This document shows, one piece after another, positions 18,353 to 25,555 of a stretch of 50,812 nucleotides of DNA. The notes beneath the pieces were generated by a model. It did not search any database, was not told the origin of the DNA, and saw only the letters and a list, made by a program, of their open reading frames with translations. The translations under genes were made by a program, and so were the position numbers. The DNA comes from a virus. Taxonomy: Duplodnaviria > Caudoviricetes. Positions within the stretch are counted from its first letter, which is position 1; each line of letters opens with the position of its first letter. Location of the stretch: the IMG/VR virus record IMGVR_UViG_3300020460_000022, positions 1-50,812 of that record; one strand, 5' to 3'.

Positions 18353-18654
18353 TGAGTAGACCAGCAACACTAGGCGAGATGGCTCAAGCTTATTCAGATA
18401 TTCATAAAGATTTCTACGGTGTACGTCCTAGTTACGATACATCTGATTGGTCCATCGAAGATTATGGTATGGAAATTGAAGGACTACAAGAATCCATCAG
18501 AAATGAGTTTCGTAGAGAACAAGAAGCTGCAAGGAGAGTTGAAGAAGAATATAATAGGTTAGCTCAAAAGCTTAACATCAAACGTTCAACACTTAAGAGG
18601 TGGCTAGATGATGCCGATAAAAATATGCCACTAAGCGGATCTAATTTCTACTAA
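18352..18654 (+). CDS. Hypothetical protein
   Basis: YSDIHKDFYGVRP motif; TAATG coupling. Confidence 0.65.
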   Translation: MSRPATLGEMAQAYSDIHKDFYGVRPSYDTSDWSIEDYGMEIEGLQESIRNEFRREQEAARRVEEEYNRLAQKLNIKRSTLKRWLDDADKNMPLSGSNFY

Positions 18655-18791
18655 TGTTCAGTACTTCAGTAAAAAGAAAGAAGGATAAGACACATTCTAC
18701 CAGTAGAGGTGTTGAGAAAGCTGATAAGAAAATCGGTAAAGCAAAAGACAGAAGGTTCAACAAGAGGATGGCTCAAGATGGAAGAACTTAA
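18654..18791 (+). CDS. Small basic protein (45 aa), not in ORF track
   Basis: Manual translation MFSTSVKRKKDKTHSTSRGVEKADKKIGKAKDRRFNKRMAQDGRT; TAATG coupling to the upstream gene. Confidence 0.5.
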   Translation: MFSTSVKRKKDKTHSTSRGVEKADKKIGKAKDRRFNKRMAQDGRT

Positions 18792-18963
18792 TACTAAAGA
18801 CCATTATTTTGTTGGAGTTGTATGGCCAGTAATTGGTAGTAAAGGAGACCAGTATTCCGTTGAAATGACCAATGATGGTTTCGAATGTGATTGTCCAGCA
18901 TATAAAAAATGTAAGCATATTAAATCAGTTGAGGAGAAAATATTATGTCAAGATGGAACGTAA
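18778..18963 (+). CDS. SWIM zinc-finger protein
   Basis: GSKGDQYSV...FECDCPAYKKCKHI; start moved to the ATG at 18778. Confidence 0.7.
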   Translation: MEELNTKDHYFVGVVWPVIGSKGDQYSVEMTNDGFECDCPAYKKCKHIKSVEEKILCQDGT

Positions 18964-19238
18964 TGAAGACTAAGCCTTTGAATGAGAAGAATGTATACTT
19001 TACTTATCATGGCTACAGGTTTATATCGGAATGGGATCCAGAAAATGAAGTGTACAATAATGAGATCGTAAGTCCTCAAGGCGTTAATTATATTTCAGGA
19101 CATAATCTCGACACATATGAATTCAACAGGATAACTTCTGTTGATGTATGTGCTACCACTAAGAACACTTTAAATATAAAAGAGTTTGCAGCAATTATTA
19201 ATCGATGGGAGGAGTACATTAAAAATGGCTATAAATAA
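18945..19238 (+). CDS. Hypothetical protein
   Basis: RBS GAGGAG; 97 aa. Confidence 0.55.
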   Translation: MSRWNVMKTKPLNEKNVYFTYHGYRFISEWDPENEVYNNEIVSPQGVNYISGHNLDTYEFNRITSVDVCATTKNTLNIKEFAAIINRWEEYIKNGYK

Positions 19239-19452
19239 CATGGATAAGTTAGAACAAATAGGAAGAAGAATTGATAATGCTAACTCAATGTTAGTTAAAT
19301 TTGATCATGGTACATGGGGTTACAATCTTTGGGATAAGATTCTAAAAAAACTAACAAGGGACTGGCAAAGAGAAGTTTATGGATTTACTGTGGGTACTTA
19401 CTATATATCTGGCAGGAACTTTGCAAGATCCAGTGTATTTCAACGATCTTAA
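19225..19452 (+). CDS. Hypothetical protein
   Basis: Start moved to the ATG at 19225 after GGAGG. Confidence 0.5.
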   Translation: MAINNMDKLEQIGRRIDNANSMLVKFDHGTWGYNLWDKILKKLTRDWQREVYGFTVGTYYISGRNFARSSVFQRS

Positions 19453-19567
19453 TACTTGCCTAGAATATTCAGAGAAATTAAAAAAACAAGACTATCATCA
19501 AAGAGTTGCAGGTGATAAGATATATTTAAAAGTTTATTGTATTCCAAAGAAAGTAGAACAGAAATGA
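19379..19567 (+). CDS. Small hypothetical protein with hydrophobic N-terminus and two Cys
   Basis: 62 aa, YFNDLNTC...YCIP. Confidence 0.5.
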   Translation: MDLLWVLTIYLAGTLQDPVYFNDLNTCLEYSEKLKKQDYHQRVAGDKIYLKVYCIPKKVEQK

Positions 19568-19758
19568 TATATGAAGTAGAAAATTTAAAGTTCAAACCGA
19601 CTCCTATGACACTATGGGATTGGGGAATATGCATTGGATTCTCATATTTGTTTTTATTTTCAATAATAAATATACAAAACTTCATACTTAGTCCTATATG
19701 TTTTGCGGTAGTACTAAGCTTATGGAACAGATTTTGTATTAGGAGAATGTTAGTATGA
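19564..19758 (+). CDS. Hypothetical membrane protein
   Basis: ATGA coupling; two hydrophobic segments. Confidence 0.5.
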   Translation: MIYEVENLKFKPTPMTLWDWGICIGFSYLFLFSIINIQNFILSPICFAVVLSLWNRFCIRRMLV

Positions 19759-20033
19759 CGAAAGGTAAACCCTATGACTTTTGGAATAAAAATGCGATGA
19801 CATATGAAGTAGAATCTTTAGAGAAAAAACATGATAAACTACTTAAAGACTATAACAAATTACATGCAGAAAATAAAAGAATGGACGAATTAGAGTGGAA
19901 AAATTCTAAACTGCAGAGAGAAGTTTTGGATCTTCAAAGAAAATATGAAGATCTCAAAAAAGAGACTGAACCAGATATACAGAAAGAACTAGATTTCTGG
20001 GACAGGCATAATGGTAAACTATTAACGGAGTAA
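19755..20033 (+). CDS. Hypothetical coiled-coil protein
   Basis: RBS AGGAG; heptad pattern. Confidence 0.55.
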   Translation: MTKGKPYDFWNKNAMTYEVESLEKKHDKLLKDYNKLHAENKRMDELEWKNSKLQREVLDLQRKYEDLKKETEPDIQKELDFWDRHNGKLLTE

Positions 20034-20036
20034 ATT

Positions 20037-20276
20037 ATGAAAGTTGGAGAAGCGATAATTGAAGCAGCCAAAAAACAGGCTGAAGGTGAAATGGCTGTTC
20101 ACAAAGCAAATATTGAAGTATATAAGACTATGCCGGCAGGTATAGGCGAACACTCTGATGTTACTGAAGCAGTTATAGCTGAACTAGATAAGATGGCTGC
20201 GGCAAGTGACAGATTGGAAATGATTGAAAAATACTTTACTAAAACAAATCCATATCAACAACCAATAACGGAATAA
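20037..20276 (+). CDS. Conserved hypothetical protein
   Basis: KANIEVY...GIGEHSD motif I recognise from marine phages. Confidence 0.65.
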   Translation: MKVGEAIIEAAKKQAEGEMAVHKANIEVYKTMPAGIGEHSDVTEAVIAELDKMAAASDRLEMIEKYFTKTNPYQQPITE

Positions 20277-20279
20277 AAA

Positions 20280-20543
20280 ATGTCAGATGATATATTCGAC
20301 TTTGGATTTACAGTAGTAGATGAATCAGAACTGGAAGCAGTTAAGAAAACACAAGATACTGCGAATGATGCTGAGCAACTTGCTACTACTACACAAGACA
20401 AACTGGATAAATTATATAATGCAATTACACCATTACTTAATAATCTTAAGAAAAATCCAGAGAAAGAATATATCCTCTGGCCAAATCGAGTTGATAAAGT
20501 TGAAAAGTTTGAAGACGTGTTAAGAAAAATCTATCAAGCTTGA
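20280..20543 (+). CDS. Conserved hypothetical protein
   Basis: FDFGFT, PLLNNLKKNPEKEYILWPNR. Confidence 0.65.
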   Translation: MSDDIFDFGFTVVDESELEAVKKTQDTANDAEQLATTTQDKLDKLYNAITPLLNNLKKNPEKEYILWPNRVDKVEKFEDVLRKIYQA

Positions 20544-21001
20544 AGCAATAACCAGATTAAACCGACAACGGCAAGTACAAAAACAATCGATGCAATTATT
20601 ATACCAATTACATTGAGTACATGAGCCTGCATTTCTTGTTGAGCATATATTTGTTCTTGTCTATCTTTACGTATCTTAGCCTGTAATTTTAATATTTCAT
20701 TCCATGAATTTGGACCGTACACTAAATTTACATAGCTACGTAATTCGTTTTCCATTTCTTCAGCTTTTTTCTTAGCTGCAAAAGCATTCATAGCATCTTC
20801 TTCTATTGAAGATCCTGCAAATAACTTCTTAAATAAAGGTGGATTTTTAGCCATCTTATTGGCTTGATTGACATCTGATACTGCGCCCATCCACCTTCCC
20901 ATGTCACCGTACATTGATTCGATATCTCTTCCCATATCAAATCCTTTTTTGATAACATTAAAGGCTGTAGTAGCCGCAGCGATCGCTGTAACTGGGTCCA
21001 T
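20534..21001 (-). CDS. Hypothetical protein with C-terminal TM helix
   Basis: MDPVTAIAAATTAF amphipathic N-terminus, helical core, C-terminal hydrophobic anchor; RBS AGGA and late promoter upstream. Confidence 0.7.
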   Translation of the reverse strand: MDPVTAIAAATTAFNVIKKGFDMGRDIESMYGDMGRWMGAVSDVNQANKMAKNPPLFKKLFAGSSIEEDAMNAFAAKKKAEEMENELRSYVNLVYGPNSWNEILKLQAKIRKDRQEQIYAQQEMQAHVLNVIGIIIASIVFVLAVVGLIWLLLQA

Positions 21002-21048
21002 GATCTTCCTATAAAATATTAATAAAATTTAGAATTATAAAAAGATCA
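21001..21048 (-). promoter_or_regulatory. RBS-occluding hairpin (fourU-thermometer-like)
   Basis: On the minus-strand mRNA UGAUCUUUUUAUAA pairs with UUAUAGGAAGAUCA: 14 bp including two G-U pairs, covering AGGA and the A of AUG. Confidence 0.5.
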
Positions 21049-21062
21049 ATTCATCTCATATG

Positions 21063-21070
21063 TATTTATA
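21063..21070 (-). promoter_or_regulatory. T4 late promoter
   Basis: TATAAATA on the minus strand, intergenic. Confidence 0.7.
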
Positions 21071-21709
21071 TTAGTTAGCCAATGGATTGTCCAAAGCACG
21101 CTGAACTAATTTATTAATTCTTTCCTCTAAATCATTTAACTTTCTTTCAGTATCAGAAGATAACGCATTCTTCTGTGATTCTACTGATGTCATTAAAGAA
21201 TCTCTTTTATTGTCAAATCTTTCTTCTGCATTATCTATCATATCTTTGACTGTCTTTGTAGTCTTTTTTATATCGTTTTCTGTTTCTTTTACCAAATCTT
21301 TTGTCTCCTGTTCAACATCATCCATATCGTTTTCAACTTGAGTTAAAAACTTTTCTACTCTAATTAAATCATCTTTCAAATCATTTTTCATATCACGACT
21401 ATAATCATTAGCTGTTGAGATGTCTTCTTTTAACATTGCTATTTCTTCTTTAAATAATTCTATTTCTTTTTCTACAAAGTCCATGTGAATGTCAACTGTC
21501 TCCATGTGTTCATTCATAACTGCAATCCTCTTATCAAACCCTGATAAGTCTGGTGCAACATACTCTTGGATCTGTTCCTTCATATCCATGTAGTCTTTGT
21601 AAAATTCAAAGCCGGCCCAAAGACCGCCTCCGATAGTTCCAAGCAGAGGAATGACCAATAATAGTTTACTTCCTCCGACTCTAATACCTCCGTATTCTAT
21701 TTCTGCCAT
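21071..21709 (-). CDS. Membrane-anchored coiled-coil protein
   Basis: N-terminal TM (LLLVIPLLGTIGGGLWAGF), long charged helical region, ends ALDNPLAN; RBS GAGGA. Confidence 0.7.
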   Translation of the reverse strand: MAEIEYGGIRVGGSKLLLVIPLLGTIGGGLWAGFEFYKDYMDMKEQIQEYVAPDLSGFDKRIAVMNEHMETVDIHMDFVEKEIELFKEEIAMLKEDISTANDYSRDMKNDLKDDLIRVEKFLTQVENDMDDVEQETKDLVKETENDIKKTTKTVKDMIDNAEERFDNKRDSLMTSVESQKNALSSDTERKLNDLEERINKLVQRALDNPLAN

Positions 21710-21719
21710 GTATTCCTCC

Positions 21720-23717
21720 TTATTGCCATTGCATATCTACCATCTTATTGTGTAGAATTTGATTAGCCAATCCCATTCTTAAACCTCTTTGAGAATCGGC
21801 TAGCTGTTTAGTTTTGTAAAAATTTACGTCTGGATAGTATCCACCAGGTAAGGTGGTACCGTAAGTTTTAAATTCTGGATTATAATTTATAAGTGCAAGA
21901 ACTTGTTGCTGTATTTGTTTCTGTTGTTCTAAGGAAGCAGCATTTCCCATGTCTTCGGCTAAAGACTTTAGTTTATTTGCTACAATCTTCTTTATCTTTT
22001 CTCTTTTAGATGTATTACCTTTGTCATTTCCATCTTTTGTGTTTGAAGATTTGTCTTTAGTTCCTGATCCCATATCGACGTCGTCAGTACTATCGGGCTC
22101 TTGTACTTCTTTCTCTTCTTGTTCGTCGACTTCGTCAGGAACCTCTGAAACGATATCTTCCGATTCTTCGGGCTCATCTTCGGAAATTGTGTCGCCGTCT
22201 TGATTCTCTTCCTTTTGATCTTCTTGAATATCATCTATTTCAATTTCTATTTCTGCTTCTATTTCTTCAATTATATTTATTTCAATTTCTTGTTCGATTG
22301 GTTCTATGACTTCAACTATTTCTATTTCCGATATAATCTCTATGACCGGTTCTACCGGTACTAGAATTACAGGAGTAGCTAAAGCTATTATAGTAGGAGA
22401 ATCTATAGGTTCAATTGGTGATTGTATTTCTTCTTCTGGTTCAATATAACCAGGGCAGTCAATATCATATTGTGGATCTAAAGAACACTGATTATTAAAA
22501 TATGCGAAATCATAACCGGGACATGTTTCATCATATAGTGTATTTAAAGAACACTGTAAGTTTAAGTAAGCTTCATCATAACCTTGACATTCAGTACTAT
22601 AAAAAACATCTAAAGAGCATTGCTGTAGTAAATATGCTGTTTCATAACCGGTACATAAAGGACTGTATAAAACATCAATTTCACATTGCTGGTTAAGATA
22701 CGCTGTGGCATAACCATCACATTCGGAGTTATAGAGAGGATCAATTGAACATTGCTGGTTAAAGTAAGCCACAGCGTAACCGGTGCACCCCTGATTGTAC
22801 AGAGGATCTAGGCTACACTGTTGATTAAAGTATGCAGTTTCATAGCCTGGGCATTGAGAATCAAACAAAGGATTTGCCTGACATTGTTGATTATATAGTT
22901 GTAGTGCATATGCTTCTGCATAACCAGGACATGAAGCATCATAAAGAGAATTACTTAAACAAGGATTAGGTCTGTATGTAAACCTGGCACCACCATCTTT
23001 AATTACTGGGCCATAATATCCGGACCAATAACCTCCATCTTTTCCTTCAACCTGCACATGAAAAGTGGATAGTTGATTCAGACCGTATATTGTACCTGAC
23101 ATATTGTTATGATTGAAAAGTGTTATCGAATCTTCTTCAACCTGCCAATAGGCACCACCTTCTTTTACTTCATTTGTACTATGTGAATTAGATTGAGACC
23201 AATGGTACCATGTATCATAGTCATATATTTTTTCTTGTATAACATTACCGTTTGAATCTTTAACTTGTACAGTAACAATTAGCGTGTCAAATTGATCTGC
23301 GTATTGTCCTGTAGGTTTAAAGTTATCATCTAACCTATCATCTATATTTGACGCGCACCATTCAGTTGATCCATCATCTTTTGTTATATTATAACAACCG
23401 TTAATCCATTTCCAAGTGTATTCAACTGCATCAACTGATATGTCAGTTCCAGCATTTGACAATGCTTGATTAATTGCAAAACTAATTGCAAATATGTCAT
23501 GGCATCCACCGAATGCTATAGCTGTCGTTGAAGATCCTCCCCATGAATTTGACAAATGAGCAGGGACTGTTCCTGTTGGACAGTTTCCTGTCGTTTGAAC
23601 TGCATCATTTGGATTTGCGTAATCCCATTCAGTAGTGGTTTGTGAAATACTATAGTATGAGTAAAAGTAAACCAGCAAGGCCAATACCGGCAACAGTGCC
23701 TTTGACAACTTGATCAC
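21720..23717 (-). CDS. Secreted Cys-rich repeat protein with an acidic linker
   Basis: Signal-like N-terminus, globular domain, eight 22-aa Cys repeats, Pro/Ile/Glu-rich acidic linker, helical C-terminal domain. Confidence 0.7.
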   Translation of the reverse strand: MIKLSKALLPVLALLVYFYSYYSISQTTTEWDYANPNDAVQTTGNCPTGTVPAHLSNSWGGSSTTAIAFGGCHDIFAISFAINQALSNAGTDISVDAVEYTWKWINGCYNITKDDGSTEWCASNIDDRLDDNFKPTGQYADQFDTLIVTVQVKDSNGNVIQEKIYDYDTWYHWSQSNSHSTNEVKEGGAYWQVEEDSITLFNHNNMSGTIYGLNQLSTFHVQVEGKDGGYWSGYYGPVIKDGGARFTYRPNPCLSNSLYDASCPGYAEAYALQLYNQQCQANPLFDSQCPGYETAYFNQQCSLDPLYNQGCTGYAVAYFNQQCSIDPLYNSECDGYATAYLNQQCEIDVLYSPLCTGYETAYLLQQCSLDVFYSTECQGYDEAYLNLQCSLNTLYDETCPGYDFAYFNNQCSLDPQYDIDCPGYIEPEEEIQSPIEPIDSPTIIALATPVILVPVEPVIEIISEIEIVEVIEPIEQEIEINIIEEIEAEIEIEIDDIQEDQKEENQDGDTISEDEPEESEDIVSEVPDEVDEQEEKEVQEPDSTDDVDMGSGTKDKSSNTKDGNDKGNTSKREKIKKIVANKLKSLAEDMGNAASLEQQKQIQQQVLALINYNPEFKTYGTTLPGGYYPDVNFYKTKQLADSQRGLRMGLANQILHNKMVDMQWQ
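22446..22961 (-). repeat. Tandem 66-nt (22-aa) coding repeat, about 8 units
   Basis: Consensus CSLDPLYxxxCxGYxxAYxNQQ read from the translation. Confidence 0.9.
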
Positions 23718-24195
23718 CTAATGAATCCTCTTCTTTTTTAGATTTTGGTTGTAGCTCAGGATTTTTATCCCATGCATCAGATGCATCTTTTCCTATCTTA
23801 CCTAGGAATGGACAAGGAGTTCCTGCCATTTTCATAGCGTCAAAAACTCTTTTATCCTGACACATAATGCTTACTGCAGCAACCTTCATTCCCATATCAT
23901 AGATTGTTTTAGATAACTTTAATCTTTCGCAGTTTTCATCAGTGACTGTCGTTCCTCCTGATATACCAAGTATTTGTGTTTGAACGGCTCCGGCTACACC
24001 AACAGTACAAAGGTCTGAATTTGACGCGTTGATTGAAGGTGTTATAGCAGAAGGCGGAGGAGATTTAACCTGAGTCTCTCCTTTAGTTGTAGTGGTTACA
24101 GTGCTGGTACTTGTTGACTGCGTGACAATGGGATCTGCGAATGAGATACTCATCATTAACGCATATACCAGCACTGCCATAATTATTCTGAACAT
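23650..24195 (-). CDS. Conserved Cys-containing secreted/membrane protein
   Basis: Signal peptide, Thr-rich linker, SPPPSAITPS, DLC, NCERLKLSK, MCQDKRVF, AGTPCP, C-terminal TM; RBS GGGAG. Confidence 0.75.
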   Translation of the reverse strand: MFRIIMAVLVYALMMSISFADPIVTQSTSTSTVTTTTKGETQVKSPPPSAITPSINASNSDLCTVGVAGAVQTQILGISGGTTVTDENCERLKLSKTIYDMGMKVAAVSIMCQDKRVFDAMKMAGTPCPFLGKIGKDASDAWDKNPELQPKSKKEEDSLGDQVVKGTVAGIGLAGLLLLIL

Positions 24196-24223
24196 TCTTA
24201 CTCCCTAATTGATCCTTTGTAAT

Positions 24224-24231
24224 TATTTATC
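24224..24231 (-). promoter_or_regulatory. Possible late promoter for the minus-strand module
   Basis: GATAAATA (one mismatch to TATAAATA), 28 nt upstream of the start at 24195. Confidence 0.35.
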
Positions 24232-24245
24232 GAAAAAAACCTAAT

Positions 24246-24301
24246 TGTCAATAATTTGACAGTAATATAATTTGACAGAGTAAATAGTCAATAAATTGAC
24301 A
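24246..24301. repeat. Operator-like palindrome array
   Basis: TGTCAA-TAAT-TTGACA (24246-24261), half site TTGACA (24272-24277), GTCAA-TAAA-TTGAC (24287-24300). Confidence 0.7.
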
Positions 24302-24422
24302 CTGTGACAAAAATATCACAGTACTCTAAAAAAATACTTTTCATAGTAATTTTTATGTTTACATTGCTGAAAAAATGTGATACAGTAATTATATAAGGTA
24401 ATTTTAACAAGGAGTAGAAAAC
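24301..24422 (+). promoter_or_regulatory. Promoter cassette copy 3
   Basis: ACTGTGACAAAAATATCACAGT (24301-24322); TTTACA 24358-24363, 17 nt, TACAGT 24381-24386; leader TATATAAGGTAATTTTAACAAGGAGTAGAAAAC. Confidence 0.75.
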
Positions 24423-24695
24423 ATGAAAATTAATCTTAGAAAAGAAATCGCGGAACTTAAAGATCTTCTACAAACTATAGTCGATCTTCAAGATAGTGAT
24501 AAACATTCAGGTCTTGTAGCAATTCAAACTCTTAAGGCTCTTCATAAAGCGGAGATCCTAGACATTCAACTTAGGTATCCTTCTGCCGCTGCAAGAGATA
24601 TCGTTGAAACTGATATTGATTTAGCTCAAGATCTTAGCGATGCTTTAGGATATTGCTTAAAAAATGAAAACCCATTAAACAAGGAGGTAGCTTAA
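24423..24695 (+). CDS. Hypothetical protein
   Basis: First gene after cassette; RBS AAGGAG. Confidence 0.7.
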   Translation: MKINLRKEIAELKDLLQTIVDLQDSDKHSGLVAIQTLKALHKAEILDIQLRYPSAAARDIVETDIDLAQDLSDALGYCLKNENPLNKEVA

Positions 24696-24937
24696 TGATT
24701 TCAGTAAAAGGTAGTTTAAAAGCAAACCAAGTAAAAGGTTTATTCGTAAAAGATAAAAATGGTTTTATGGTACATAAGTTTTCTAACTATAACTTAAATG
24801 ATCAAATTACAATGAATGGTCGTTGGTACGATATATGTGATATCGATGATGAAGCAATCTGGATTGCTGATCAAGATGGAGAGGTATACGAATTCACTCC
24901 AGGCACTGAAGATAACCATGTACGTGGGAGGCCATAA
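24695..24937 (+). CDS. Hypothetical protein
   Basis: RBS AGGAGG; TAATG coupling. Confidence 0.65.
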   Translation: MISVKGSLKANQVKGLFVKDKNGFMVHKFSNYNLNDQITMNGRWYDICDIDDEAIWIADQDGEVYEFTPGTEDNHVRGRP

Positions 24938-25146
24938 TGGGATTAACTATATTTCATCATGATGTTATATTTTATGATAAGTGGATGGATAAAGTTGCAG
25001 AATTTGTAAAAGATTCAGAATGCTTCGAAGAATTTATTTCCAAATCAATTGAGGCTAAGAATAAAATATTTAGAGCCTTAAGTGATGAAGACGCAAAGAG
25101 CGAAGCTTTGTCTCTCTGGAATGAATACTGGTCAGATTATTATTAA
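24937..25146 (+). CDS. Hypothetical protein
   Basis: RBS GGAGG; TAATG coupling; ends WNEYWSDYY. Confidence 0.6.
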   Translation: MGLTIFHHDVIFYDKWMDKVAEFVKDSECFEEFISKSIEAKNKIFRALSDEDAKSEALSLWNEYWSDYY

Positions 25147-25162
25147 AAAAATGAAATTAACT

Positions 25163-25192
25163 GTTTACATTACTATGAAAGTGTGATAGAAT
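25163..25192 (+). promoter_or_regulatory. T4-early-type promoter
   Basis: GTTTACA, 17-nt spacer ending TGTGA, TAGAAT. Confidence 0.75.
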
Positions 25193-25198
25193 AGAATT

Positions 25199-25552
25199 AT
25201 GAGTATGCATTTATTAGGTCCTTGGGTGACCAGCACAGTTTATAAAAGAAAACGTAGGAATAAAAAAGTTTCTGTTAAGGAGCAACAGTTAAGGCTTGCA
25301 CACCAAAAGTATATCAAAAAGCTAGGGTACAAGCCTACGGGACAATCCTATCGTCATGAGTTTCCCGACTATGGTGAAACTGATCATTCTACTCCTACCT
25401 CTGATAGGATTGTCCCATTCCATGGAAAGAAAGAACGCCAAGTATATACTGGTGATTTGTTAATCGGTATCGGTACACTACATAAATCAAACATGGTACC
25501 AGTAAGTAAGAATTCAAATGATGCTAAACATATTGCAAAGATGAGGAGATAG
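25199..25552 (+). CDS. Conserved basic hypothetical protein of T4-like phages
   Basis: YTG..LIGIGTLHKSNMVPV, ends IAKMRR. Confidence 0.65.
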   Translation: MSMHLLGPWVTSTVYKRKRRNKKVSVKEQQLRLAHQKYIKKLGYKPTGQSYRHEFPDYGETDHSTPTSDRIVPFHGKKERQVYTGDLLIGIGTLHKSNMVPVSKNSNDAKHIAKMRR

Positions 25553-25555
25553 AAT

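Noticed and set aside
19230-19237. TATAAATA late promoter inside small ORFs (also 16576-16583)
   Set aside because: Intragenic in AT-rich sequence and could be chance, so not listed as features
22446-22961. Periodic 66-nt repeat as a CRISPR array or DGR template
   Set aside because: The units are degenerate, codon-phased and protein-coding; there are no identical repeats with unique spacers and no cas1 or reverse transcriptase gene
24256-24301. Three TTGACA hexamers as canonical sigma70 promoters
   Set aside because: No TAnnnT -10 element at 16-18 nt spacing
24303-24320. Canonical CRP site
   Set aside because: The half sites are separated by 8 nt rather than 6 in all three copies
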